From Octopus bimaculoides (taxonomy: Eukaryota): DNA of 42,716 nucleotides. Positions 24,242 through 35,804 of the stretch are shown here, one piece after another. Within the stretch, counting starts at the first letter, position 1; every line of letters starts with the position of its first letter. Below the pieces are notes generated by a model. It did not search any database, was not told the origin of the DNA, and was given only the letters and a program-made list of their open reading frames with translations. Both the position numbers and the translations under genes were made by a program. The stretch is from contig NC_068997.1 of the NCBI RefSeq assembly GCF_001194135.2, positions 42,831,718 to 42,874,433 on the forward strand, read 5' to 3'.

Positions 24242-25475
24242 CAGAGTGCGTCATGTCTTTTGATGTCATTTGTATAAATTTAGAAAAAGATGCAAAGCTG
24301 TATTTGAAAAGAATTTGGTACACATAATCTGGAGAATCCTTTAAACACACCTATTCAAAGAACCCACCGTTAGCTATAATGGCTGCTTCAATATGGGGTC
24401 GAAAGCGTCGACATGCCCGAATTAGATGATCTTTGTGAATTTTAGATAGTGCTGGTTATGTGGGCTTGAGAGATTCTATGGTGTTATAATTGACCTTTCT
24501 CTCGACTACGCACCATACGCAATAATCCAGTGGATTGAAGTCTGGTGAGTTAGGAGGCTACGTGTCTAGGAGTACATGATCATGAAGATTGGCACGCATC
24601 CAGGCTTGAGTTGTCCTAGTCTTATGAGAAGGCGCAGAGTATTGTTGGATGATGTAAGGTCTTCGGTCGCGTACTCTGTCTATCCAGGGCCTCACAACAT
24701 TCTCCAACACCCTTGTGTAGACAGCGGCATTGACTCTTAAAGCGCTGTGAAAAAATGTTATGTGAGGAGGTATGATATCTCCCTCGTTGCTGACGACTCC
24801 CAGAACCATTATAGTTGCTGGCAACTTAGTATTCATGGCCGCTGGAACCTCATTAGGGTCTTGGCATAAACACCTGTCGTTCCTTCGGTTTAGCTTTTGG
24901 TCCTGATGGAAGTTTTTCTCATTCGGAGAAAAAGCAAAGCATTCCAGCTTCTTGGTGTTTTCAACTTGTTTAGTAAGTGTTTTACACGGATCGTGTGATT
25001 CTCTTGTCACATGCGACATAAACTGATTCCTACGCACCACGCACGACGTGTACCGTATGTTTTCATGCACAACTTTTCTCATGATGTATTCTGAAGCATT
25101 AAGGTCTTTTGCAATGTCTGCAATTGACTTTCTGGCGTTTTCATTGATTATTTCCAGAACTTTCTGTACAAAATTATGTGTTCTAATGGTATTAGGATCA
25201 TATGCATGCGTTTTGCGTTTAACATCTGATGTTGGATCCACGTCAGCAGCTTCCAGCTACTTTCGAAATTTGACAACGAAGTAACGACAACTTTCAGGAA
25301 GTGAGATATCTCATTATCACAAAGTGTGCTTTTAAGGCAGCGATTACAGCGTGCTTTTTTAATTTGCTGAGTCAACCTGATCTCTGACATTACTTATCTG
25401 AAAAGTAATGTTTAAAAAATAAGTTAGAAGTTAGAGCTCTTGAAAGAGGTGTCCTCAAAAAACTGACACTCCCTA
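24242..25475 (-). mobile_element. Tc1/mariner DD37D (maT) transposon, near full length, inactive
   Basis: ORF 24558-25241 with FS(PN)EKNF, IMVLGVVSNEGD, QQ(Y)SAPSH; past the stop it reads PPNSPDFNPLDYCVW...IANGGFFE*; 37 residues between the 2nd and 3rd catalytic positions; degenerate ~28 bp TIRs flanked by TA (24240-41, 25476-77). Confidence 0.92.
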
Positions 25476-25504
25476 TATATATGTATATATATATATGTAT
25501 ATAT

Positions 25505-25740
25505 ATATATGTTGTTGTACTTGGGGATGGTCATATTGCCAGTTTAGCCAATAAAAACACACGCACTGTATATTTGGTGTTAATTTGCTTCAGCTTTATA
25601 TTACATTAATCTTAATCTTATTTCGGCCAGAGTTCTTTCGTCACACTTCTGTGACCTCATCAGTGGTCCTTTGTTTCCTTCCTTCTTATGTGTGTCTCAC
25701 CTTGCTAAATATCAGCCATTTTGTCAGACAAAATGGCTGA
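25505..25740 (-). mobile_element. Probable PLE terminal-repeat (pLTR) fragment or non-autonomous hammerhead-bearing retroelement
   Basis: Non-coding unit carrying the hammerhead, bounded by (TA)n and a perfect hairpin; minimal hammerheads are an established feature of PLE pLTRs. Confidence 0.55.
25625..25669 (-). ncRNA. Candidate minimal type I hammerhead ribozyme
   Basis: GG(A)CCA-CTGATGA-G-GTCACA gaag TGTGAC-GAAA-G aa CTC^TGGCC: both conserved boxes, 6 bp stem II, 2 bp stem III, CUC cleavage triplet, CCA/TGG stem I. Confidence 0.7.
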
Positions 25741-25754
25741 CAAAAAAGCTAACA

Positions 25755-25858
25755 AAAAAATTAAGTACTAGGGTCGATTCGTTCGACTACAATTCTTCGA
25801 GGTAGTGCTCCAGCAAGGCCGCAATCTAATGGCTGAAAAAGTAAAAGATAAAGAATAA
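25755..25858 (+). mobile_element. SINE family B 3' tail fragment
   Basis: AAGTACTAGGGTCGATTCGTTCGACTA...GTGCTCCAGCAAGGCCGCA...GTAAAAGATAAAAGAA. Confidence 0.7.
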
Positions 25859-26179
25859 ATATGGAGAGATAATTAAATAAACAAACGCGTGGGGGAGAGA
25901 TGACACAATGGATTCATCTACTTCAATAACTGACTGATCAGTGATCATGAGTTCAAATCCAGTACTGTCATATTATTCGGTGTTTCTTCATTTATCGCCG
26001 TTGTTAATTCCTACCCAACCGGAAGGTGTTTCATATATATATATATATATGTATATTTATATTCCCATCTATCTGAGACTCCGTGTCCAATGGGTTCTTA
26101 GTTGTAAAATTAGTGCGTGATCTGATGGAGCGCTGGCTGTTATTTGTAACAGGTCAAGCACCATTTCTAACAGGTCAAA

Positions 26180-26270
26180 CATCAGCACCAGCTCCAGCAG
26201 CAGCAGAACCAGCACCACCACCACAACCACTACCACCACCACCACTACCATCATAACCACCACCACCACC

Positions 26271-26322
<52 letters not shown>

Positions 26323-27050
26323 GCAACAACAACAACAACAGAGGAGACCCCCTTCTGTCATGAATGACCATGGGGTTGCACCTAGAAAGTTTCCCTCTGA
26401 GGCACAAGTTTGGGCAAGGTTGTTTTATGGAAGGCCAGCAATCGCCCATGCATACCAGCCTCCCCTCTCCACACCATTAATGTTATCCAAGGGAAAGGCA
26501 AAGGCCGACACAGCTTGGCACCAGTGACGTCGCAATTCATTTCTACAGCTGAGTGAACTGGAGCAACGTGAAATAAAGTGTTTTGCTCAAGAACACAACA
26601 TGCAGCCCGGTCCGGGAATTGAACTCACGACCTCACGATCGTAAGCTCGACGCTCTAATCACTGAGCCATGCGCCTTCACAACAACAACAGCAAAAACAA
26701 CAACAAAAGTGACAACAAAAACACTACCACCACTACAACTAACACCACCATTACCACCACCACCATCACTACCACCACTGCCACCACCACTACAACCACC
26801 ATCACTACCACCTCCACTACAACCAACATCACCGCCGCCACCACCACCACCACCACAACCACCAATACCACCCTCACCGCAATCACCACCGTCATCACCA
26901 CCAGCACCAGCACCAGCACCAATACCACCATTACTACCACTGCATCTGCAACCCTCCGCCAGCACCAGTAGCAACAGCACTAGGAGCAAAGACAACAGCA
27001 AAAACAGCATCGACAGCAACAATGATATTAGCAACATCATCAACTAATAG
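26180..27050. repeat. Trinucleotide low-complexity tracts (CAC/CAA/CAG/ACC) on both sides of a SINE C
   Basis: Direct inspection. Confidence 0.9.
26340..26680 (-). mobile_element. SINE family C with a long 3' tail ending in (GTT)n
   Basis: tRNA-like head at 26600-26680; tail shared with 31640-31800; tail possibly RTE-LINE-derived (recalled, unverified). Confidence 0.8.
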
Positions 27051-27444
27051 AACTTCATTTAAATTGTACGGTTGGTGAATATAACGTTCAATGTCGGGAT
27101 AATTGTTGTGTAAAAGTGAAAAATTGCCATAAAAATTGACTGCAATTGTCTTCAAGACGTTCTGAGTGTTAGAATAATCTCTTAAACATTATAGCTGTCT
27201 TGAAGAGACAAAACTTTTTATGTTGCTTTCACACAGTAAAGGTCACTCGTTTGTTGGTTAAGTTAGATATCTCTTTGACCAATCAGGAAGGATGTATTGA
27301 TATTTCATTTTGCTTTTTCCTCTCTCTCTCTCTCTCTCCCACCGTTCTCTCTTTTTCTTCTTCATGTAATAACAAAATTGAATTAAATTGATTGATCTGC
27401 CTAAGTTAATCATCATCAGCTGCGATAATAGCAACAATAAATAA

Positions 27445-27448
27445 ATGA

Positions 27449-27513
<65 letters not shown>

Positions 27514-27542
27514 AAGAAGAAGAAGAAGAAGAAGAAGAAGAA

Positions 27543-27574
<32 letters not shown>

Positions 27575-27625
27575 AGGATGACAAGGAGGAGGAGAAGACA
27601 AGGAAGACAAGAAGAGGGGAGCAAT
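27445..27625. repeat. Compound microsatellite (AAT)n(AAG)n
   Basis: Direct inspection. Similar simple repeats at 1-40, 500-840, 3270-3900, 4400-4633, 15980-16080, 19030-19800, 22570-22655, 29810-30000, 40260-40740, 41600-41745, 41920-42045, 42625-42716. Confidence 0.95.
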
Positions 27626-27862
27626 AATGATTTATTTATTGGCCACAGGGTCCCACCGCATCAAATAGAAGCCATTTCATACAAAAGGGATTATAAACAT
27701 GTTGACTGTATGCGCGCGCATGTGTGTGTATGTGCATTTGTATGTATGCATTGTAGGCTGTGATAAATGTATAGGCAGGGTAATAAAACGCAACGTTAAT
27801 TTCTTTTGTAATAACTTCCTGAAAAATTATCCAAAATAAATTAAAGTTTTTCTCAGTATTTT

Positions 27863-28715
27863 GTAGGCACTTACTTCTCCTTTAGCTAATATTATGGTTT
27901 TCATTCCATTAGGCCTGGATTTGATTAAATTATCAATGACAAATTGATCCTCTTTCATCCAGTCTTTGAGCAATGCTTGTTTCATTTCAGAAATTAACAA
28001 TTCTACTCAAAATCTTCTGTCAAGATGTTTTCATAGTGTTGTTATTAGTTTAAGATTTGAGATCAGGGTTTTGAGCAAATCACATCTGCGATTTGATCCT
28101 ACGCACTTTTCTTTTCCAAGTTTGTGTGGTTTAGAACTCCATCTCATAATAGCAGAGTTTTCTTATCAATTTCTACTTCGGAATAACTGGAAAATAGAAT
28201 TTTTTCAAGTATTTGACAGTATTTATGTCCATGTGTATGATTTTCAACGAAACTTTGCTCTGAATATGTCTGCCACCCAAAACTATCTTAATATCATACC
28301 CTAACATACCTATAACAAGAACCAAATATGTTGTCCCCACCACCACACATAAAGTGGAAAGGAATTGATCATAATAAATGGCAAATCTAGCCGAAAAACC
28401 GTCCACTGTGGAGAAAGCTTAAGTCATGCCAATGCCATGAACAATCATAGTCGCAACGACTGACGGCAGATAATCCTTTCTATCCATTTCTACATTGAAA
28501 TGAATGAGGAATAGACCCCTCTCAAATATTTGACAGTATTTAGGTCCATGTACATGACTTTCAACAAAACTTACCTCTGATATGCTTGCTGCCCAGACTA
28601 CCTTCCGCATCTTAATGCCAGCGCTGCCAGCAAACAATGCGGCTCCCATATCTCGGTTTTGTTGTGCCTTATATTGGAAAAAGTTGGCCGAATTTGCTTT
28701 TGTCAGATCATATTA
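27863..28715 (-). mobile_element. Tc1-family transposase remnant(s), highly degenerate
   Basis: Manual minus-strand translation: I*SDKSKF (IWSDESKF), KPRYGSRIVCW, AQNPDL, L*KHLDRR, MKQALLKDW...NLIKSRPNGMKTIILAKG. Confidence 0.75.
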
Positions 28716-28844
28716 TAGAAAACTAATACTCGTTTCATTTGTTGCAAGAAGTTTAGCACAGTTAAAATTTTTTGTGCAACTCTCCGTTTACATGTTACAT
28801 GCAATACTTTTAATATTGTTCTTACGTGTGATTTTGTGAGAAGA

Positions 28845-28977
28845 TTGCTTCCCAACCACATGGTTCCGGGTTCAGTACCATTACGTGGCACTTTGGACAA
28901 GTGTCTTCTACTATAGCTTTGGGCCAACGAACGCCTTGTAAGGGAATTTGATAGACAGAAAATGAAAGAAGCCCGTC

Positions 28978-29017
<40 letters not shown>

Positions 29018-29218
29018 GCCTGTATGTGTATTTGTGAGTCTGTGTGTGTATGTGTGTGTGAGTGTGTATGAGCCTTTGTGTCTGTGTTTCTTCCCCACCA
29101 CCGCTTGACAACAAGTGCTGGATTGTTTACGTCACCGTAACTTAGCGTTTCGGCAAAAGTGACCGATAGAATAAGCACCAGGCTTAAAAATAAAAGGACT
29201 TGGGTCGACTAAAGGACT
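28845..29218 (+). mobile_element. SINE family B, runs into an assembly gap
   Basis: Family B head, internal (TA)n/(TG)n, 3' half. Confidence 0.85.
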
Positions 29219-29880
29219 NNNNNNNNNNNNNNNNNNNNNNNNNNNNNNNNNNNNNNNNNNNNNNNNNNNNNNNNNNNNNNNNNNNNNNNNNNNNNNNNNN
29301 NNNNNNNNNNNNNNNNNNNNNNNNNNNNNNNNNNNNNNNNNNNNNNNNNNNNNNNNNNNNNNNNNNNNNNNNNNNNNNNNNNNNNNNNNNNNNNNNNNNN
29401 NNNNNNNNNNNNNNNNNNNNNNNNNNNNNNNNNNNNNNNNNNNNNNNTCGTAGCCAGCTAGAAACATTTTTTTTTTTTTTTGAAGTCAGCATTGCCCTTC
29501 TTCAATCCATTTCTTGATTCGAGAAATTGTGCTAATTTTGATTGAATCTTCCACGATGATATCAGCCGGTGGGATTTGATCACGTGCAAAATCAGATATC
29601 TTCTTTTTCCGAATGGTCCTTAGTTTTGCGTTTCATCAAATAAAGTTTAGAATTAATCAAAAATGGAAATAAAAACGAAAACTAAAACAAAAATAAATTC
29701 ATTCTATAGACTTGCAAAGAAGAGAAAACGTCTGGATAACAAAAAACAAAACAAAAAAAAAACGAAAGCTCAACAAATCTTTAAAATGTTTCCTTAAGTC
29801 TATGTAAATACGTGTGTGTATCTGTTTGTGTGTGTGTGTATGTGTGTATGTGTACATGTGTGGCTGTGTGTTTAGATCGG

Positions 29881-29983
<103 letters not shown>

Positions 29984-30084
29984 TGTGTGTATGTATCACG
30001 GTATCGACCAGACTAACAGATGTTGTTACACACTGCTGGTCAGTTATAATGCCATTTGCATTGTTCTAGCTTTCCAATGATGCT

Positions 30085-30230
30085 ACTAATGCTGGTTAGG
30101 CGGGCAGGCCGACATTAACCACTTTAAGGGAACACCACTCTGTCACAGGGTTACCCATTTGCAGCTGAGTGGACTGGAGCGACATAAAATGAAGTGTTTT
30201 GCTGAAGAACACATCGCACGTCCAGTCTGA
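30085..30230 (-). mobile_element. SINE family C fragment
   Basis: CAGCTGAGTGGACTGGAGCGACATAAAATGAAGTGTTTTGCTGAAGAACAC. Confidence 0.75.
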
Positions 30231-30270
30231 GAAAATACATACATACATACATACATACATACATACATAC

Positions 30271-30412
30271 AGATCCAGGCCATCACTGGAACTGTAAAAA
30301 TCTGTAAAACTTTCCAGAAATTTATCATTAAAGTATATATATAAGCATGTCCAGACATGCAAGTATAAGCATGAGAAGACATACATAAAACGAAACATAC
30401 AAATCTGCACGT
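30271..30412 (+). mobile_element. R4/Dong-like RLE non-LTR element, extreme 3' fragment
   Basis: IQAITGTVKICKTFQKFII matches the end of the 34452 copy, and the 3' UTR aligns; preceded by (TACA)n. Confidence 0.8.
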
Positions 30413-31390
30413 ATACATACATACATACATAATACACACGCACACATACATATATATATATATATNNNNNNNNNNNNNNNNNNNNNNNNNNNNNNNNNNN
30501 NNNNNNNNNNNNNNNNNNNNNNNNNNNNNNNNNNNNNNNNNNNNNNNNNNNNNNNNNNNNNNNNNNNNNNNNNNNNNNNNNNNNNNNNNNNNNNNNNNNN
30601 NNNNNNNNNNNNNNNNNNNNNNNNNNNNNNNNNNNNNNNNNNNNNNNNNNNNNNNNNNNNNNNNNNNNNNNNNNNNNNNNNNNNNNNNNNNNNNNNNNNN
30701 NNNNNNNNNNNNNNNNNNNNNNNNNNNNNNNNNNNNNNNNNNNNNNNNNNNNNNNNNNNNNNNNNNNNNNNNNNNNNNNNNNNNNNNNNNNNNNNNNNNN
30801 NNNNNNNNNNNNNNNNNNNNNNNNNNNNNNNNNNNNNNNNNNNNNNNNNNNNNNNNNNNNNNNNNNNNNNNNNNNNNNNNNNNNNNNNNNNNNNNNNNNN
30901 NNNNNNNNNNNNNNNNNNNNNNNNNNNNNNNNNNNNNNNNNNNNNNNNNNNNNNNNNNNNNNNNNNNNNNNNNNNNNNNNNNNNNNNNNNNNNNNNNNNN
31001 NNNNNNNNNNNNNNNNNNNNNNNNNNNNNNNNNNNNNNNNNNNNNNNNNNNNNNNNNNNNNNNNNNNNNNNNNNNNNNNNNNNNNNNNNNNNNNNNNNNN
31101 NNNNNNNNNNNNNNNNNNNNNNNNNNNNNNNNNNNNNNNNNNNNNNNNNNNNNNNNNNNNNNNNNNNNNNNNNNNNNNNNNNNNNNNNNNNNNNNNNNNN
31201 NNNNNNNNNNNNNNNNNNNNNNNNNNNNNNNNNNNNNNNNNNNNNNNNNNNNNNNNNNNNNNNNNNNNNNNNNNNNNNNNNNNNNNNNNNNNNNNNNGTG
31301 TTTAACGTTCTTTTTTGATGTCCTGTACTCATATATGTATGTATACATATAGATGTAGGTATGTACATATATGTATGGATATATGCACAT

Positions 31391-31434
<44 letters not shown>

Positions 31435-31639
31435 TATTTAGATATGCAAATATGCAAATATGCACAAACGAACATTAAAAGACAAATGAAACATCAGTCA
31501 ATGGAAAAAAAGTCATTAATATAAATACAATAAATTAAATTATAAAGTACATGGAAAGCATTAAAATATATGACAATAAATGTCGATATATAACAATATA
31601 AAACAAGGCATCCCCAAAACAGTGGGCTGTATCAGCCTT

Positions 31640-31800
31640 TGCTTTTTGCCTTGGATAACATTGATGGCGTGAAGAGGGGAGGCTGGGAAGCATGAGTGAC
31701 AGCTAGTCTTCCATAAAGAACCTTGCCTGGACTTGTGCCTCAGAGGGGAACTTCCTAGATGCTATCCCATGGTCATTCATGATCGAAGGGGTTCTTTACT
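31640..31800 (+). mobile_element. 3' tail of SINE family C or its partner LINE
   Basis: Aligns to the reverse complement of 26340-26500 (CCTTGGATAACATT, GAGGGGAGGCTGG, CTTGTGCCTCAGAGGG, CCCATGGTCATTCATGA). Confidence 0.78.
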
Positions 31801-32068
31801 CAGGTCACTTCAAGACCACAACCACCTGACACTCATGACAGTTTCCCTCTCCCAATAGTAAACTTCAGACAGAACTGAAACTTAACTCTTTGAAGCGTAC
31901 AAGTTTGCTCCTTTCAACCACTTGCCATTAAAATTTCTCAGGGGTAGAAGCCCACTCTTCACCTTCATCTTTATAAGAGAATGATCGAAGAAGCTAGCAT
32001 CATTCTAAACCATTTCAAATGCATCAATCATGTAATTTCTATTTTCATGGCCGATATTTAATAACAAC

Positions 32069-32161
32069 TACAGGGTGTCCACAAAGTCTAAGTACACGGG
32101 GATTAACATCTACTTTAAGAAATTATTATTTCTTATATTTAATTCTTTATGTCATTATTTT
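32069..32161 (+). mobile_element. Solitary Tc1/mariner TIR start, truncated by a gap
   Basis: TA|CAGGGTGTCCACAAAGTC, a typical ITm terminus. Confidence 0.55.
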
Positions 32162-33134
32162 NNNNNNNNNNNNNNNNNNNNNNNNNNNNNNNNNNNNNNN
32201 NNNNNNNNNNNNNNNNNNNNNNNNNNNNNNNNNNNNNNNNNNNNNNNNNNNNNNNNNNNNNNNNNNNNNNNNNNNNNNNNNNNNNNNNNNNNNNNNNNNN
32301 NNNNNNNNNNNNNNNNNNNNNNNNNNNNNNNNNNNNNNNNNNNNNNNNNNNNNNNNNNNNNNNNNNNNNNNNNNNNNNNNNNNNNNNNNNNNNNNNNNNN
32401 NNNNNNNNNNNNNNNNNNNNNNNNNNNNNNNNNNNNNNNNNNNNNNNNNNNNNNNNNNNNNNNNNNNNNNNNNNNNNNNNNNNNNNNNNNNNNNNNNNNN
32501 NNNNNNNNNNNNNNNNNNNNNNNNNNNNNNNNNNNNNNNNNNNNNNNNNNNNNNNNNNNNNNNNNNNNNNNNNNNNNNNNNNNNNNNNNNNNNNNNNNNN
32601 NNNNNNNNNNNNNNNNNNNNNNNNNNNNNNNNNNNNNNNNNNNNNNNNNNNNNNNNNNNNNNNNNNNNNNNNNNNNNNNNNNNNNNNNNNNNNNNNNNNN
32701 NNNNNNNNNNNNNNNNNNNNNNNNNNNNNNNNNNNNNNNNNNNNNNNNNNNNNNNNNNNNNNNNNNNNNNNNNNNNNNNNNNNNNNNNNNNNNNNNNNNN
32801 NNNNNNNNNNNNNNNNNNNNNNNNNNNNNNNNNNNNNNNNNNNNNNNNNNNNNNNNNNNNNNNNNNNNNNNNNNNNNNNNNNNNNNNNNNNNNNNNNNNN
32901 NNNNNNNNNNNNNNNNNNNNNNNNNNNNNNNNNNNNNNNNNNNNNNNNNNNNNNNNNNNNNNNNNNNNNNNNNNNNNNNNNNNNNNNNNNNNNNNNNNNN
33001 NNNNNNNNNNNNNNNNNNNNNNNNNNNNNNNNNNNNNNNNNNNNNNNNNNNNNNNNNNNNNNNNNNNNNNNNNNNNNNNNNNNNNNNNNNNNNNNNNNNN
33101 NNNNNNNNNNNNNNNNNNNNNNNNNNNNNNNNNN

Positions 33135-33167
<33 letters not shown>

Positions 33168-33181
33168 AAATATATATATAT

Positions 33182-33230
<49 letters not shown>

Positions 33231-34451
33231 CATATTTGCATATATGTGTGTGTGTGTATGTGTGTATGAGAGTGAGGGAGAGTCTAGGTAAATATGTATC
33301 TATATGTAATTATGTGTATGTGAGTGTGTATGTGTGTGTGAGTGTGTGTGTGTATGTGTGTGTGTGTTTGTGCATATATGCCCACATGTAAGTATTCATT
33401 TATGTAAATCTCTATATGTACTCGATAGTGCAGGATTGAAAATAACATTGAGATGATGTTACTATGAAGCTCGTTTAACCTTACCAGGAAATGATTTCAC
33501 CCCACCCCTTCACAGAGGTTGTTGGAACAACAATATCAACAACAGGAGTATGCAGGAATTTGAACTATATATATTAGACAATGCTTCAAAAAACCAATTC
33601 TACTCTAAGATGCATACATACATACATACATACATTACAAACACACACACACGTGCATACACACATACATACATGCATACATACATATATGCATACATAA
33701 TACATACATACTTACACACACACACACACATCAATATGTGTGTGTGTGTGACGACGTTGACGGCAATAACAACATCAGGATTAAAGGCATCAATGGCGAC
33801 AGCAGTTACAACTTTTGAAATAAACCCGTGAAGCTCTGGAACGGGTGTGTAGCATCGATGAGGAAAACTATGAGGATAGCGTAAAACAAGAAAGGCGAAT
33901 TTTAATGACATGAGTAAAATAAGTTGAGGGGTGGCGTTGGTGGGAATGTGTGTGTGTGGAGGGAGATGTTCAATGTTGATATTTCTTTGTGACGTCTAAT
34001 GAGGGGAAACTGTCTTTTGTGAAGTGGAATAAATAACAAAGAATAAGGCAGTCAGCTTGGATGAATAACAAATATTTCAATGTTTATATTTCATTGTTGT
34101 GCAGTGTTGCTCGTATGTCACGCTCTCTCATACTCTCTCTCTCTCTCTTTCTCTGTATATATATACATACATGCATGCATACATACAAAAAATCTCTAAC
34201 TTCCGGTCAGCCATTACTATGATTAGCCATTACTATGATTGACCGTTGACTGAACACTATTCAATTTTTTTTCTCCGTGTTTTTCTCCTTGTCTCCGTAT
34301 TCTTTCTCGAAACGTTAAAAAATACATCCTTTTGTTGTTTACACCACCTGTCCTCGTCTGTTGTTGTTTTTTTTCGTACATTCTCCCATATATACATACA
34401 TATATACATACATATATACATACATGCATATTATATACATACACACATACA

Positions 34452-35005
34452 TCTAAGTGGTTTGGGATACAGAGGATAAACTGTGTACAATAGTAGAAAT
34501 CAGCAGCCCAGCAGATGTTAACATAAAACTAAAGATCGGTGAAAAAGAAAATACCAACACTGAACCATTGAGAAATCTACAGTTACTCTATCCAGATTAT
34601 AAGTTCAGTTTTATACCTGTAATTATTGGGGCATTGGGATATGTAACACGCTGCCTAAGTACCAATCTTGAGAAATTAGGCTTCTCAAAACCAGAAAGGT
34701 GAAAGCTGATTCAAAGATTACAGATCCAAACCATCATTGGAACTGTTAATGTTTGTAAAGCTTTTCAGAAATGTATTATTTAAGTGTATGTCTAAATGTG
34801 CAACTGCATGACAATACAAACATAAAACAGAACATATAAATCTGCACATGTAATGACTTCAAATATTACACATACGCACACATATATGCATAAGTATCCT
34901 GTTGATATTGTTGAAATTCTAATGAAGGACGCTTCGATCGAGGTTTGAAACAGCTCTTTCTCTATTGGTAGGAAATCTTGCAAATAAAACTGAAAAATGA
35001 CATAT
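34452..35005 (+). mobile_element. R4/Dong-like non-LTR retrotransposon, 5'-truncated (restriction-like endonuclease C-terminus + 3' UTR)
   Basis: VVWDTEDKLCTIVEISSPADVNIKLKIGEKEN...YKFSFIPVIIGALGYV...GTVNVCKAF, an RLE signature; 3' boundary approximate. Confidence 0.85.
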
Positions 35006-35804
35006 GTACATATGGATGTGTACAGGAAATGAGCACATATATAACTAAGGATTAAAGTAGTTTCGCTACCTCAGACAGACCTGCACATTTGGGACACCAA
35101 CAACGATTGGATACGGTTTTGTGGAAATAGTTAGAAAGATGATGGGGAACAAAAACAGGAAAACATATAGTTTAGACTTAATGACCGGAACGCAGAAAGA
35201 CAAGAGCAAGAACATATATGGATAAGAGTAACTAGGACAAAAATTGATGAATTATGGTTTTAATGCCTAAAATAAAACATTCGAATACGATGAAGATAAA
35301 ATAATGCAATAACACAAAGCAATAACAAGTGCAACGTGAAGTTGAAAGAAAAGGTACGAGAGTTAGACGAGTTTCTTGAGCTCATGTCGGAGACGAGATG
35401 GATATGTGTACTGATGAGAGAAGATGGAAGATAATAGAGGGATTAGTGGCCAGAAGAGAAGAGACAAGCAAGCTGGAGNNNNNNNNNNNNNNNNNNNNNN
35501 NNNNNNNNNNNNNNNNNNNNNNNNNNNNNNNNNNNNNNNNNNNNNNNNNNNNNNNNNNNNNNNNNNNNNNNNNNNNNNNNNNNNNNNNNNNNNNNNNNNN
35601 NNNNNNNNNNNNNNNNNNNNNNNNNNNNNNNNNNNNNNNNNNNNNNNNNNNNNNNNNNNNNNNNNNNNNNNNNNNNNNNNNNNNNNNNNNNNNNNNNNNN
35701 NNNNNNNNNNNNNNNNNNNNNNNNNNNNNNNNNNNNNNNNNNNNNNNNNNNNNNNNNNNNNNNNNNGAGAGAGAGAGGGAACAGAGACAGAGGAAGAGAC
35801 ACAG

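Noticed and set aside
26583-27047. Pro-rich, Gly-rich and Thr-rich 'mucin/extensin-like' ORFs
   Set aside because: Open in several frames on both strands; a decayed (ACC/ACA) microsatellite next to a SINE.
33745-33830. Coding-looking stretch TTLTAITTSGLKASMATAV
   Set aside because: A decayed (RAC/RCA) trinucleotide tract without splice support.
34908-34950. CTAATGAAGGAC...GTTTGAAACAGCTC in the R4-like 3' UTR resembling a hammerhead core
   Set aside because: The invariant G5 is absent, pairing is weak and stem I is missing.
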